64,000 nucleotides of DNA from Myxococcota bacterium (GCA_965250285.1 OZ252299.1:4128001-4192000); one strand, 5' to 3'. Counted from the stretch's first letter, positions 28,303 through 38,592 are shown. Numbers and translations: made by a program. Notes: generated by a model from the letters alone, not told the origin.

Positions 28303-28377
28303 ACCGGGCGCGGCGCCCGGCGCCGGGCCGAGCCTGCTTCGACCCAGGGCGCGCCGCTGCCCCGAGGAGACCGACCG

Positions 28378-30138
28378 ATGGCCGATCCGATCCGAATCGC
28401 GAACTGCTCTGGCTTCTTCGGCGACCGCCTGACCGCCGCGCAGGAGATGGTCGACGGCGGGCCCATCGACGTGCTGACCGGCGACTGGCTCGCCGAGCTG
28501 ACGATGCTGATCCTGGCCCGCACCCGCGTGAAGCGGCCGAACGGCGGGTACGCGCGCACCTTCGTGACCCAGATGGAGCACGTGATGGGCACGTGCCTCG
28601 ACAAGGGCATCAAGGTGGTCAGCAACGCGGGCGGGCTCGACCCCGACGGCTGCGCCGAGGCGGTTGCCGAGGTCGCCCAGAAGCTCGGGCTCAGCCCGAA
28701 GATCGCCTACGTGCGCGGCGACGATCTGCTGCCGCGAATGCAAGAGCTGATCGCCGCCGACCAGCTGATCCACTTCGAGACGGGAGAGCCGATCAAGGAC
28801 GCGTCGGCGTTCCTCACCGCCAACGCGTACTTCGGGTGCTGGGGCATCGTCGAAGCCCTGGATGCCGGCGCCGACATCGTCATCACCGGACGCGCGACCG
28901 ACGCTGCGATCGTGTGCGGACCGGCGGCGTGGCACCACGGCTGGCAACGCACCGATTGGGACGCGCTCGCGGGCGCCGTCGCCGCCGGCCACGTGATCGA
29001 GTGCGGCACCCAGGCCACGGGCGGCAACTACTCGTTCTTCCAGGAAGTCCCGGGCATGGAGCGCATCGGCTTCCCCTGGGCCGAGGTCGCTGAAGATGGC
29101 TCGACCGTCTTCGGCAAGCACGAAGACCGGTTCGGCGGCGAGGTCTCGATCGGCACCATCACCTCACAGCTGCTCTACGAAATCGGCGGGCCCGAGTACT
29201 TCGGCCCCGACGTGACGACACGCTTCGACACGATCGAGCTCGAGCAGATCGGCCCCAATCGCGTGCGCATGAGCGGTACGCAAGGCGAGCCACCGCCCGA
29301 GACCCTGAAGGTGTGCATCAACCGTCCGGGCGGGTTCCGACAGGATCTCAACATCTGCCTGACCGGCCTCGACATCGAGGCGAAGGCGAAGTGTGTCGAG
29401 GACGCGTTCTGGGCAGCGTGTCCCATCGACGAGAGCGATTTCGATTCGGTGACGAAGAAGCTCGTGCGCACCGACAAGACCAACCCCGCGAGCAACGAAG
29501 AAGCGACGGCCTTCCTCAAGATCTCGCTGAAGGACAAAGATCCCGACAAGGTCGGCCGCGGGGTCTGGAACTCGATGATCGAGCTGGCGCTCGCTTCGAT
29601 CCCCGGTTTCACGAGCGTCGGTGGCGGCGGCAACAGCGGCCGCCCGTTCGGCGTCTACGAGCCAGCGCGCGTGCCCGCGACGATCGTGCCCCAAGAGGTC
29701 GTGATCCTCGGCGGCGACACCACCGAGGTCTCCTCGGTGATCCCCGATGCCCCGGCGAACGTGACCCCGCACCAGGGGCCCGGCGCGACCGCACCGAGCG
29801 GCGCGACGCGGCGCGCGCCGCTGGGCACGCTCTACGGCGCACGTTCAGGCGACAAGGGGGGCAACGCCAACCTCGGCATCTTCGCGCGCAGCGACGCGGC
29901 CTGGGCCTGGCTCGACGGCTTCCTCACCGTCGACAAGATCAAAGAGCTTCTACCCGAGGCAGCCGACCTCGAGGTCGAGCGGTTCCGGCTGCCGGGCATC
30001 CGTTCACTCAACTTCGTGCTGCACGGGTTCTTGCAAGAAGGCGTCGCGTCGTCGACGCGACAGGATGCCCAGGCAAAGAGCCTCGGCGAGTGGCTTCGTG
30101 CGCGGGTCGTCGATCTGCCCGAGGCCCTGTTCGAGTGA
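28378..30138 (+). CDS. atuA: Acyclic terpene utilization AtuA family protein
   Basis: RIANCSGFFGDR, DWLAELTM, ANAYFG, GHVIECG.QATGGNY, GARSGDKGGNAN, DAQAKSLGE. Confidence 0.92.
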   Translation: MADPIRIANCSGFFGDRLTAAQEMVDGGPIDVLTGDWLAELTMLILARTRVKRPNGGYARTFVTQMEHVMGTCLDKGIKVVSNAGGLDPDGCAEAVAEVAQKLGLSPKIAYVRGDDLLPRMQELIAADQLIHFETGEPIKDASAFLTANAYFGCWGIVEALDAGADIVITGRATDAAIVCGPAAWHHGWQRTDWDALAGAVAAGHVIECGTQATGGNYSFFQEVPGMERIGFPWAEVAEDGSTVFGKHEDRFGGEVSIGTITSQLLYEIGGPEYFGPDVTTRFDTIELEQIGPNRVRMSGTQGEPPPETLKVCINRPGGFRQDLNICLTGLDIEAKAKCVEDAFWAACPIDESDFDSVTKKLVRTDKTNPASNEEATAFLKISLKDKDPDKVGRGVWNSMIELALASIPGFTSVGGGGNSGRPFGVYEPARVPATIVPQEVVILGGDTTEVSSVIPDAPANVTPHQGPGATAPSGATRRAPLGTLYGARSGDKGGNANLGIFARSDAAWAWLDGFLTVDKIKELLPEAADLEVERFRLPGIRSLNFVLHGFLQEGVASSTRQDAQAKSLGEWLRARVVDLPEALFE

Positions 30139-30176
30139 GAGACTTCGCTGCGAACACGAAGGCGCCGCTCGAGTGA
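30135..30176 (+). other. Putative 13-codon bridging mini-ORF
   Basis: GTG overlaps the atuA stop (GTGA); its TGA overlaps GTG 30173, which is in frame with TetR. Confidence 0.5.
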
Positions 30177-30829
30177 GCAACGATGCTGTCAACAAGAAAG
30201 CGCACATGCGCTTTCCGGGCGTGCGCGCGCCCAAGCCCCTGCTCTCGCGAGAGGCCGAGCGCCAGCTCTCGGCGCGGCAGCTCGAGTTGCTCGACGCGCT
30301 CGAGGTGAAGCTCGCTCAGAGCGGACTCGGCGAGAAGACGATGGCCGAGATCGCCGGTCTCGTGGGCTGCTCACTGCGCACGCTCTACGCGATCGCACCC
30401 AGCAAGGACGAGCTGCTGCTCACGCTCGCCGATCGCCGGCTTCATCGCATCGGGCGCCAGGCGATCGAAGCGCTCGACTCCGACATGCCGCCCCTCGAGG
30501 CCCTTCGCACCTATCTGCGCATCGCGAACGAGGCCGTCCGGCCCGAAGCCATCGTCGTATCGGCCGACGTGTCGCGGGTCGCGGGGGCGAGCCGAGTGGT
30601 CGACGCGCACGAGGGATACCTGACCGCCGTCGTTCAGAGTCTGCTCGACCGGTCGGTCGCCGAGGGGGCCATCGCCCCGGTCGACACCGCGGCGGTGGCG
30701 CACGTGCTCGGCGGCCTGGGCCGGGAATTCGCTCGGCCAGAGGTCGCCGAGATCGTCGAGGGCACGGCGAACCAGGCGGCCGACTCGGTGACCGACCTGA
30801 TCCTCGAGGGCCTGCTCGCGCGCCGCTGA
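30173..30829 (+). CDS. TetR/AcrR family regulator (start GTG 30173 or ATG 30206)
   Basis: TMAEIAGLVGCSLRTLYAIAPSKDEL HTH. Confidence 0.9.
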   Translation: MSNDAVNKKAHMRFPGVRAPKPLLSREAERQLSARQLELLDALEVKLAQSGLGEKTMAEIAGLVGCSLRTLYAIAPSKDELLLTLADRRLHRIGRQAIEALDSDMPPLEALRTYLRIANEAVRPEAIVVSADVSRVAGASRVVDAHEGYLTAVVQSLLDRSVAEGAIAPVDTAAVAHVLGGLGREFARPEVAEIVEGTANQAADSVTDLILEGLLARR

Positions 30830-30899
30830 TTCGCCATCATCCTGTCGCCCGCGCCTGCGCCGATTCGCCCCGTCACGCGCCCGGTACCGAGGAGCCCCG

Positions 30900-33359
30900 A
30901 TGAGCCAAGAGACGCCGCGCCGCGGCGATCCGATCCACTGGCTGAGCAACGCCTTCGCACGCATTGCCGGCTGGTCGTTCGACCATCGCTGGGCGCTCGT
31001 CGCCCTCTCCGTCGCGCTCGTCGGGGGCATCTTCTGGCTCGCGTCGATGGTGCGGATCGACAACAGCTACGAGTCGTTCTTCGATCCGTCCGACGACACG
31101 TTCACGAAGTACGAGCAGTACCGAGACGACTTCGGTTCGGACGAGATCTCGTACGTGCTCTACGAGGCGCCCGGGGTCGAGCACGGGGTCTTCGACCTCG
31201 ACGTCATGCGCCGCATCGCCCAGCTGTCCGATGCCCTGATCGACGAGGTGCCCTTCGTCTACGACGTCAAGTCGCTGCCCAACGCCGAGCTGACGATCGG
31301 CACCGAAGACGGCATCGAGATCGAGAAGCTCGAGGATGATTTTCCCACGACCCAGGCCCAGCTGCTCGCCCTGCGAGACCGGTATCTCGAGAAGCCTCTG
31401 ATCGTCGGCGGACTTCTCTCGGCCGATGCGAGTCACGCGGCGCTGATCATCGAGATGGACCGGTCGAGCACCGATCCGATCGACCAGATTCAGCTCGACC
31501 CCGAGCTCGGCAGCGCGCTCGAGAACGTCTACCCGCAGGCCACCGAGACGGTCATCGCCGAGATCCTCGCGCGACCCGAGTACGACGGCATCCGCTTCTA
31601 CCACTCGGGCGACGTCCCGCTGAACGCGTACTACGCGCGGGTGATCGAACGAGAGAGCGGCGGCCTGATGCTGGCGATGATCGCCTTCGTCGCGCTGATG
31701 CTCGGCTTCTTCTTCCGATCTGTGGCCGGCGTGGTCGGCCCCATCGTCGTCGTGACCATCGCCTCGATTTCGGTCGCAGCCTTCATCGTCGTCATGGGTT
31801 GGACGATCGACATGACCTTCTCGGGCGTGCCGACGCTGATCGTGGCGATCGGCGTCGCCCACGCCGTACACATTCTCTCCGAGTTTCGACACCGCTTCGT
31901 CGAGCTGGGCGACCGCAGGTCTGCGCTCGTCGAGACGATGCAGCTCGTCGGTGCGCCGGCTCTGCTCACCAGCCTGACGACGGCGGCAGGGTTCGGCTCG
32001 ATGAGCTTCGTCCCGATCAAGGCCATCGCGCACATGGGGGCCTACAGCGCCTTCGGCGTGATGGCCGCGTTCGTTCTCTCGGTCACGCTGTTGATGTCGT
32101 TTCTCTCGTTCGGTCCGCGCGAGCCGACGGCGCGCCAGCGAGCCCGCGTCGACCGAAGCGACGAGGGGCGCACGATGCGCCCGATGCTGCACGCAGCAGC
32201 CAGCGCTGCCATCCGCTGGCGCCGCGCCATCCTGGTGTTGGCCGCGGGCGTCTTCGTCTTTGCGTTCGTCGGCATCTCTCAGATCCACGTCGACTCGAAC
32301 TGGATGGACGACTTCCGCGACGAGGTCGAGCTGAAGCAGATCACACAGCGCGTCGATGACGTCATGGGCGGCACGGCCAACTTCATCTACCTCTTCGAGA
32401 CCGAAGAAGCAGACGGGATCAAGGAGCCCGCGGCGCTCCACGAGATCGACCGGATCCAGACCTTCGTCGAGCGCAACCCCGACCTGGTACGCAAGACGTA
32501 CTCGATCGTCGACATCTTGAAGGACATCAACCGCGCCTTTCACGGGGACGACCCGGCCTACTACCGGATCCCCGAGTCGCGCGAGCTCGTCGCGCAGTAC
32601 CTGCTGCTCTACGAGATGTCGGGGGGCGAGGAGACCGAGAAGATGGTCTCGCCGGACTACCGCCGCGCGGGGCTCGAGCTGCGCATTCGACTCGGTCCGA
32701 CGAGTGAGATCGCCGGTCTGCACCGCGAAGTGATGGCCGAGGTCGAAGCCCACCCACTCGAAGCGACGCAGATGTCGCCCACGGGCATCGGCGCGCTGTG
32801 GCTGCGCCTGATGGACTACATCGTCTCGAGCCAGGTCGAGGGCTTTCTCATCGCCTTCTGCGTGATCGCGGCGATGATGGTGGGCGTCTTCAGCTCGTGG
32901 AAGGTGGGGTTGATCTCGATGGTGCCCAACCTGGCACCGGTCTTTCTCGCGCTCGCTGCGCTCGGCTGGCTCGGGCTGCCCCTCGACTACTCGAAGATCA
33001 GCATTGCGGGCGTGGCCATGGGCATCGCCGTCGACGACACGATCCACCTCGTCTCGCGCTTCAAGCGCGAGTTCGAGCGGCTCGGCCGCTATCACGATGC
33101 GCTCTATGCGGCGATGGGTGACGTCGGTCGCGCGCTCGTCATCACCTCGGTCGCGCTGGTCGCTGGCTTTCTGGTGACGACCCGGTCCGAGCTCGCGAGT
33201 CAGGAGGTGCAGGGCTACCTGCTCGCCGGGACGATCGTCGTCGCCCTCATCGCGGATTTCCTCTTGATGCCCGCGCTGATTCTGACCTTCCGCCCGTTCG
33301 GCCCGGAGACCGCGCAGACGACCCAGTCGACCCAGGCCGAGTTCCACGAGGCCGCCTGA
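30900..33359 (+). CDS. MMPL/RND family lipid transporter
   Basis: Two TM blocks with large extracytoplasmic loops; IGVAHAVH, LTSLTTAAGF, GIAVDDTIH. Confidence 0.92.
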   Translation: MSQETPRRGDPIHWLSNAFARIAGWSFDHRWALVALSVALVGGIFWLASMVRIDNSYESFFDPSDDTFTKYEQYRDDFGSDEISYVLYEAPGVEHGVFDLDVMRRIAQLSDALIDEVPFVYDVKSLPNAELTIGTEDGIEIEKLEDDFPTTQAQLLALRDRYLEKPLIVGGLLSADASHAALIIEMDRSSTDPIDQIQLDPELGSALENVYPQATETVIAEILARPEYDGIRFYHSGDVPLNAYYARVIERESGGLMLAMIAFVALMLGFFFRSVAGVVGPIVVVTIASISVAAFIVVMGWTIDMTFSGVPTLIVAIGVAHAVHILSEFRHRFVELGDRRSALVETMQLVGAPALLTSLTTAAGFGSMSFVPIKAIAHMGAYSAFGVMAAFVLSVTLLMSFLSFGPREPTARQRARVDRSDEGRTMRPMLHAAASAAIRWRRAILVLAAGVFVFAFVGISQIHVDSNWMDDFRDEVELKQITQRVDDVMGGTANFIYLFETEEADGIKEPAALHEIDRIQTFVERNPDLVRKTYSIVDILKDINRAFHGDDPAYYRIPESRELVAQYLLLYEMSGGEETEKMVSPDYRRAGLELRIRLGPTSEIAGLHREVMAEVEAHPLEATQMSPTGIGALWLRLMDYIVSSQVEGFLIAFCVIAAMMVGVFSSWKVGLISMVPNLAPVFLALAALGWLGLPLDYSKISIAGVAMGIAVDDTIHLVSRFKREFERLGRYHDALYAAMGDVGRALVITSVALVAGFLVTTRSELASQEVQGYLLAGTIVVALIADFLLMPALILTFRPFGPETAQTTQSTQAEFHEAA

Positions 33360-33489
33360 GGCCCGAGCGCCGAAGAATTCTACTCACGCGGTGCGGCGTC
33401 GCTTATCATGAGCGGGCCCGTCCCCGATCCGCTCGCGGCACCGACCGAGCGGGCTCGCGCCTTCACCCAACCCCCCGCGACGAGATCGC

Positions 33490-33825
33490 ATGACCGACGA
33501 ACGCGGACCGGGCGACGCACTCGCGGCGCCCGCCCCTCTCGGCGAGGCAGAGCGCGCGCTGATCGATCGCTATTGGCGGCGCAACGTCGCCTTGATGTCG
33601 GGGCTCCTCGCCATCTGGGCCTTCGTCAGCCTCGGCTGTGGCGTGCTCTTCGCCGACCGTCTCAACCCCTGGCACATCGGCGGTTTCCCGCTCGGCTTCT
33701 GGTTCGCGCAGCAGGGCAGCATCATCGTCTTCGTGCTGCTGATCTTCGTCTATGCCTGGGCGATGACGCGGCTCGATCGCGCCCACCATGCCGAGCTCGA
33801 TGCGATGAAGGGGCACGGCGCGTGA
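33490..33825 (+). CDS. DUF4212 small subunit of a solute:sodium symporter
   Basis: YWRRN, GFPLGFWFAQQGSI; GTGA overlap with the symporter. Confidence 0.9.
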   Translation: MTDERGPGDALAAPAPLGEAERALIDRYWRRNVALMSGLLAIWAFVSLGCGVLFADRLNPWHIGGFPLGFWFAQQGSIIVFVLLIFVYAWAMTRLDRAHHAELDAMKGHGA

Positions 33826-35654
33826 GCATCCAGACCTGGACCTTCGTGTTCGTCGGGCTGTCGTTCTCGCTGTATCTCTTCATCGCCTGGCGCTCGCGCG
33901 TGGCCGACACCAAGGGGTTCTACGTCGCCGGCCAAGGCGTGCCCGCGTCGGCGAACGGCATGGCGACGGCCGCCGACTGGATGAGCGCCGCTTCGTTCAT
34001 CTCGATGGCCGGCATCATCTCGTTCATGGGGTACGCCGGTGGCGTCTACCTCATGGGCTGGACGGGCGGCTACGTGCTGCTCGCGCTGCTCCTCGCACCC
34101 TACCTGCGCAAGTTCGGCCACTTCACGGTGCCGGACTTCGTCGGGGACCGATTCGAGTCGAACGTCGCGCGGGTCGTCGCGGTGTGCTGCGCCATCTTCG
34201 TCAGCTTCACCTACGTCGCCGGACAGATGCGCGGGGTCGGCATCGTCTTCTCGAGGTTCCTCGAGGTCGACGTCACGGTGGGCGTCGTCATCGGCATGGC
34301 CATCGTGTTCGTCTACGCCACGCTCGGGGGGATGAAGGGCATCACCTGGACCCAGGTCGCGCAGTACTGGGTGCTGATCACCGCCTTCCTGGTGCCCGCC
34401 ATCGCGATCAGCATCAAGCTGACGGGCCAGCCGCTACCGCAGATCGGGATGGGATCGGACTTGATCGAGGGCGGTATGCCGCTGCTCGACAAGCTCGACG
34501 CGATCCATGAAGACCTCGGCTTCGACCCCTATACCGAGGCGTTCGTCGGCCGATGGGATCGCATCAACGTGCTGTGCACGACCCTCGCCCTGATGGTCGG
34601 CACCGCGGGCCTGCCCCACGTGATCGTTCGCTTCTATACGGTGAAGACCGTCGACGCCGCGCGCTGGAGCGGCTTCTGGGCGCTGCTCTTCATCGCGGCG
34701 CTCTATCTCACGGCACCGGCGACGGCGGCCTTCGCCCGGTACTACATGATCGACAGCCTGAACGACAAGCAGGTGCACGAGCTGCCGGCCTGGTACCGAA
34801 GCTGGAGCCAGACGGGCCTCATCCTCTGGCTCGACGATGGCGACGGTCGCGTGCGCTACACCGGCGGCGAGCGGTCGGCCGAGAACGAGCTGTTTCGAAG
34901 CGGTGGTCTGGGGGCCGCCGAGCTCGCCGAAATTCGCAGCGAGCACCGCGCGTGGATCGAGAGCGGCGGCACGAACGGCGCGGACGGTCGGGAGGAGATG
35001 CGCGCGCTCGGCCTCACGGGCCCCGACCGAGACATCATCGTGCTCGCGACCCCCGAGATGGCCGGCCTCGCGAGCTGGATCATCGCGCTGATGGCGGCCG
35101 GCGGGCTGGCCGCGGCGCTCTCGACGGCGTCGGGGCTGCTGCTCGTCATCTCCTCGAGCGTGGCCCACGACCTCTACTACCGCGTGCTGAAACCCGAGGC
35201 CAGCGAGAGCCAGCGCCTGCTCGTCGGCCGCGCGGTGATCGGCGTGGCCGTCGTCGTCGCCGGACTCTTCGGCATCTTTCCACCCGGCTTCGTCAGCCAG
35301 GTCGTCGCGTTCGCGTTCGGTCTCGCAGCGGCCAGCTTCTTTCCGGTCATCGTGCTCGGAATCTTCTCGAAGCGGGTCTCGACGATTCCCGCAGTGGCGG
35401 GCATGGTCGCGGGCATCGGCTTCACCGCGACGTACATCCTCGGTGCGGTCTACGGCGGCATGCCGCACTGGTGCTTCGGGATCGGACCCCAGGGCATTGG
35501 CACGATCGGGATGCTCGTGAACTTCGCGGTCACGCTGGGGCTGACGCCGCTCTTCCCGCCGCCATCCGAAGAGGTGAAGCGGATGGTCGACGCGATCCGC
35601 GAGCCCGAAGGCGTGGGCCCGGCGGTCGACATCGAGGCCGCGATCGACCACTGA
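33822..35654 (+). CDS. actP: Cation/acetate symporter-like SSS family transporter
   Basis: NGMATAADWMSAASFISMAG, GWTGGYVLL, GTAGLPHVIVRF, AAALSTASGLLL. Confidence 0.88.
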   Translation: MSIQTWTFVFVGLSFSLYLFIAWRSRVADTKGFYVAGQGVPASANGMATAADWMSAASFISMAGIISFMGYAGGVYLMGWTGGYVLLALLLAPYLRKFGHFTVPDFVGDRFESNVARVVAVCCAIFVSFTYVAGQMRGVGIVFSRFLEVDVTVGVVIGMAIVFVYATLGGMKGITWTQVAQYWVLITAFLVPAIAISIKLTGQPLPQIGMGSDLIEGGMPLLDKLDAIHEDLGFDPYTEAFVGRWDRINVLCTTLALMVGTAGLPHVIVRFYTVKTVDAARWSGFWALLFIAALYLTAPATAAFARYYMIDSLNDKQVHELPAWYRSWSQTGLILWLDDGDGRVRYTGGERSAENELFRSGGLGAAELAEIRSEHRAWIESGGTNGADGREEMRALGLTGPDRDIIVLATPEMAGLASWIIALMAAGGLAAALSTASGLLLVISSSVAHDLYYRVLKPEASESQRLLVGRAVIGVAVVVAGLFGIFPPGFVSQVVAFAFGLAAASFFPVIVLGIFSKRVSTIPAVAGMVAGIGFTATYILGAVYGGMPHWCFGIGPQGIGTIGMLVNFAVTLGLTPLFPPPSEEVKRMVDAIREPEGVGPAVDIEAAIDH

Positions 35655-35684
35655 GGGGCGGCGCGCCGCCCTCGGCCGCGCCGC

Positions 35685-37685
35685 TCAGCCTTCGAAGACG
35701 GCCTGCAGCTCGTCGAGCGCCTGCTGCTCGACCGCCGAGACGTGGGGGCTGCGCTCGAGCGCATCGCCCGCCGCCTTCGCCACGCGTTCGGCACGACCGA
35801 GCAGGTTGCGGGCGAGGTTCTCGGCCTCGCCGTCCTTGAGCTCGTGCTTCAGCGCGCCGACGAAGGCCTTCCAGGCGATCAGCAGATCCTCGGGCGGTCG
35901 CTCGAGGGTCCAGATCTCGAGCAAGCGATAGGGGATGCTGTCGCTCTCGAGACCCGCAACCGCGGCGGCCTCGAGCACGGCGGCCCGTTCTCGGACGTCC
36001 ATCTCGCCGTCTGACCAGGCGACGTGCACCAGCGGGAAGAGCGACAGCGCCGACAACGTCTCGACGCGAATCCCGAGGCCCGCCAGCTCGGCCAGCACGG
36101 CCTCGTCGCGAATCCCCGTCGCCTCGGCGATGTGATCGCGCGCCTCGAGCTCTTCGAGCGCCAGCTTCAGGCGCTCGCGCTCGGCGTCGGCCTCACCCGA
36201 GAAGAACGCGTCGCCAAGACGCGCCTGCTCCGAGTCGAGGCCGCCCTGCTCCGCAGTCGGCGCATCGGCGCTCTCGCACGCCGACTGCAGGGCGTCGAAC
36301 GAATCCTGCAGGCACTGCGCGTAGAAGCCCGGGTCGGGCATCATCTCACGGCAGCACGTGATCGCGATGCTGATCTGGCCCGAGTAGCTGAACACCGGGT
36401 GGATCAACCCCATGCCGTCCATGATCGGCCCCATCCCGTGGAGGGCGACCATCTTGGCACCGGTGAAGTAGAGGGGGATCTGCGGCCCGGGCACGTTCGT
36501 GATGATCGTATTGCCGATCGGCTTGATGCGCGTCGCGAGGCCGAGTCGGGTGTACACGCGAGCGGCGAGTCCGGCCAGCATGCCGGGCATGAACTGAGTC
36601 GCGTCGGTCATCGTGCGGGCACCGACGGCCTCCGACGTCGCCTTCGACGCCTTCGTTGAGGCATGGATGCGGCGAAGACGCTCGAGCGGATCGGCGAGAT
36701 CGCTGTGCAGCCCGACGCCCATCATCGAGATCTTGTTGCCCGCGGTGCCCTTCTCTTCTTCGGTGCGCACCGAGATCGGCGCCAGGGCCTTGAGGGGCTC
36801 GCGCGGCAGCTCGCCGTGATGCTCGAGGTATTGGCGCATGGCTCCGCTGCAGATCGCGAGCACGACGTCGTTGACCGTCGCGCCCGGCACACGCTTTCGA
36901 ATGTCGCGGATGTCCTGCAGCGAGAACGACCGGCCCTCGACGACGCGATACGACGACACCCGGCCGTTGAAGCGCGTGCGCGGCACCTCCTCGTCTTCTT
37001 CGTGGTCGACCTCGGCCGTCGGATCGGATCTGAAGAACGTCGACAGCCCGACCGCATTGCGCGTGAGCATGCGAGCGAAGCGGAACGGCGAGCGGACGTT
37101 GTTGGCCGTGGCGCGAATCGTCAACTCGAGCATGCTCGGATCGCGCTCGGGCACCCAGGGCCGCTCGGGCGGCACCACCGTCGCCTCGGGCTCGATGTCG
37201 TGGATCGCCGTCGCGAGCTCGGCGCCCGATACGCCGTCGATGGCCGCGTGGTGGATCTTCGTCATGACCGCAAAGCTGCCCGGCGGCGCGCCCTCGACAT
37301 TGTCGAGGCCCTCGATCACGTACATCTCCCACAGCGGCTTCGACAGATCGAGCGGGCGCGCGTGCAGGCGCGCCACCTGGATGCAGAGCTGTCGCCAGTC
37401 GCCCGGGTGCGGCAACGCGATGTGGCGGATGTGGAACTCGATGTCGAAGTCGGGGTCTTCGATCCAGTACGGGTGGTCGAGGTCGAAGGGCGAGTGGACC
37501 AGCTTCTGCCGGAAGCAGCGCGCCAGATGAAGGCGGCTCTCGACGTTCCTCAGGATGCCCGTGAAGGTGACCTGGCCACCCGGGGCGGTCGACTGATCGT
37601 AGATCGCGAACGAACCGATGTGCGTCGGCGCGTTCGCGGTCTCGAAGTAAAGGAAGGATGCGTCGAGTCCGCTGAGCTGCTCCAC
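35685..37685 (-). CDS. Wax ester/triacylglycerol synthase (WS/DGAT) with an extra C-terminal TerB-like domain
   Basis: LSGLDASFLY.ET, PLWEMYVIEGL, HHAAIDG, TNVPGP; extension with PLVHVAWSDGEMDVRER. Confidence 0.9.
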   Translation of the reverse strand: MEQLSGLDASFLYFETANAPTHIGSFAIYDQSTAPGGQVTFTGILRNVESRLHLARCFRQKLVHSPFDLDHPYWIEDPDFDIEFHIRHIALPHPGDWRQLCIQVARLHARPLDLSKPLWEMYVIEGLDNVEGAPPGSFAVMTKIHHAAIDGVSGAELATAIHDIEPEATVVPPERPWVPERDPSMLELTIRATANNVRSPFRFARMLTRNAVGLSTFFRSDPTAEVDHEEDEEVPRTRFNGRVSSYRVVEGRSFSLQDIRDIRKRVPGATVNDVVLAICSGAMRQYLEHHGELPREPLKALAPISVRTEEEKGTAGNKISMMGVGLHSDLADPLERLRRIHASTKASKATSEAVGARTMTDATQFMPGMLAGLAARVYTRLGLATRIKPIGNTIITNVPGPQIPLYFTGAKMVALHGMGPIMDGMGLIHPVFSYSGQISIAITCCREMMPDPGFYAQCLQDSFDALQSACESADAPTAEQGGLDSEQARLGDAFFSGEADAERERLKLALEELEARDHIAEATGIRDEAVLAELAGLGIRVETLSALSLFPLVHVAWSDGEMDVRERAAVLEAAAVAGLESDSIPYRLLEIWTLERPPEDLLIAWKAFVGALKHELKDGEAENLARNLLGRAERVAKAAGDALERSPHVSAVEQQALDELQAVFEG

Positions 37686-37942
37686 GTTGGTGCCTCCGTC
37701 ACTCCCCCAGGCCCCACGACACTACCGCGGACTGCGCGCTCTGGCCCGGCATCCGACGGTGGCAGGCGCGGACGGGCTCGGAGCCGCTCTCGGGCGGAAA
37801 GGCGCGTGTCGCCACCCCCTCGCCTTGATCGCGACGCTGGCCCGGCAGGCGGTGCGCAGGCCGCGTGCGGAGGCGGACCGGCAGCGCACGTGCAGGCCGC
37901 GAGATCCAACCGACCCCCGCGCCGGCGCGTGCCTGAGCGGCG

Positions 37943-38407
37943 TCAGCGGGCCGCCGCGCGAACGAGCTCGTCGACCAGCGCATCGCCGGCCATGTGTCGG
38001 ATGCAGCGCTCCGAAGCGTAGACACGCTCACCGCCGAGGCGTGGATCGGTCGCAGCGCGTGCCGGGTCGTCGATGAAGAGCACACCGATCACCCGAAACG
38101 CTTCGTCCCGTCCCTCGACGTCGACCACGATCTCGTACTCCTGCGCCACCGAGGTGAGGCTCACCCACTCGTCGAGCAACGTGTAGCCACGGATCGACGG
38201 CATGAACGTCCCGAACAGATGCTCGTAGTAGCGCCGCGCATTCTCCATTCCCTGCATGCGGAGGCCCACCGGCCAGAACTCGTAGACGGGGTCGTCGACG
38301 AGGGTGGCGAGCGTACCGTCGAAGTCGCCCTCGTCTTCGAGCCGCGCGTGCCGCGAGCCGAGCTCGAGCATCCGCTCCACCGTCCAGGCCTGCTGGGCAT
38401 TCGACAC
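37943..38407 (-). CDS. SnoaL/NTF2-like small protein
   Basis: HARLE..GDFDGTLATLVDDPVYE, RRYY, GERVY pattern; GTG start after an AGGGAGG SD. Confidence 0.7.
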   Translation of the reverse strand: MSNAQQAWTVERMLELGSRHARLEDEGDFDGTLATLVDDPVYEFWPVGLRMQGMENARRYYEHLFGTFMPSIRGYTLLDEWVSLTSVAQEYEIVVDVEGRDEAFRVIGVLFIDDPARAATDPRLGGERVYASERCIRHMAGDALVDELVRAAAR

Positions 38408-38592
38408 GCGGATCCCTCCCTGGCCGTTTCGAGGAGGCGTCTGAAGCACGCCCTCGTCGACGGCCGCGGCGCGAGCATAACCGGGTGAGAGCGCAGGGGC
38501 CGGGTCTTTGCGAACCTCGACCGCCTCGACGCGACGCCAGCCAACCCGGTGAGCGTCACCGCCACCGATCGACGAAGAGGAGATTCGAAGAC

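Noticed and set aside
30826..30903. Possible extra bridge ORFs starting at CTG overlapping a stop (also 54140..54232)
   Set aside because: In frame with the next ATGA but need a CTG start, and other CTGA junctions (near 1826, 50869, 51781) are out of frame, so chance is sufficient
33408..33821. 138-aa N-terminal extension of the symporter in the ORF track
   Set aside because: Overlaps the real DUF4212 gene in another frame; the symporter starts at GTG 33822
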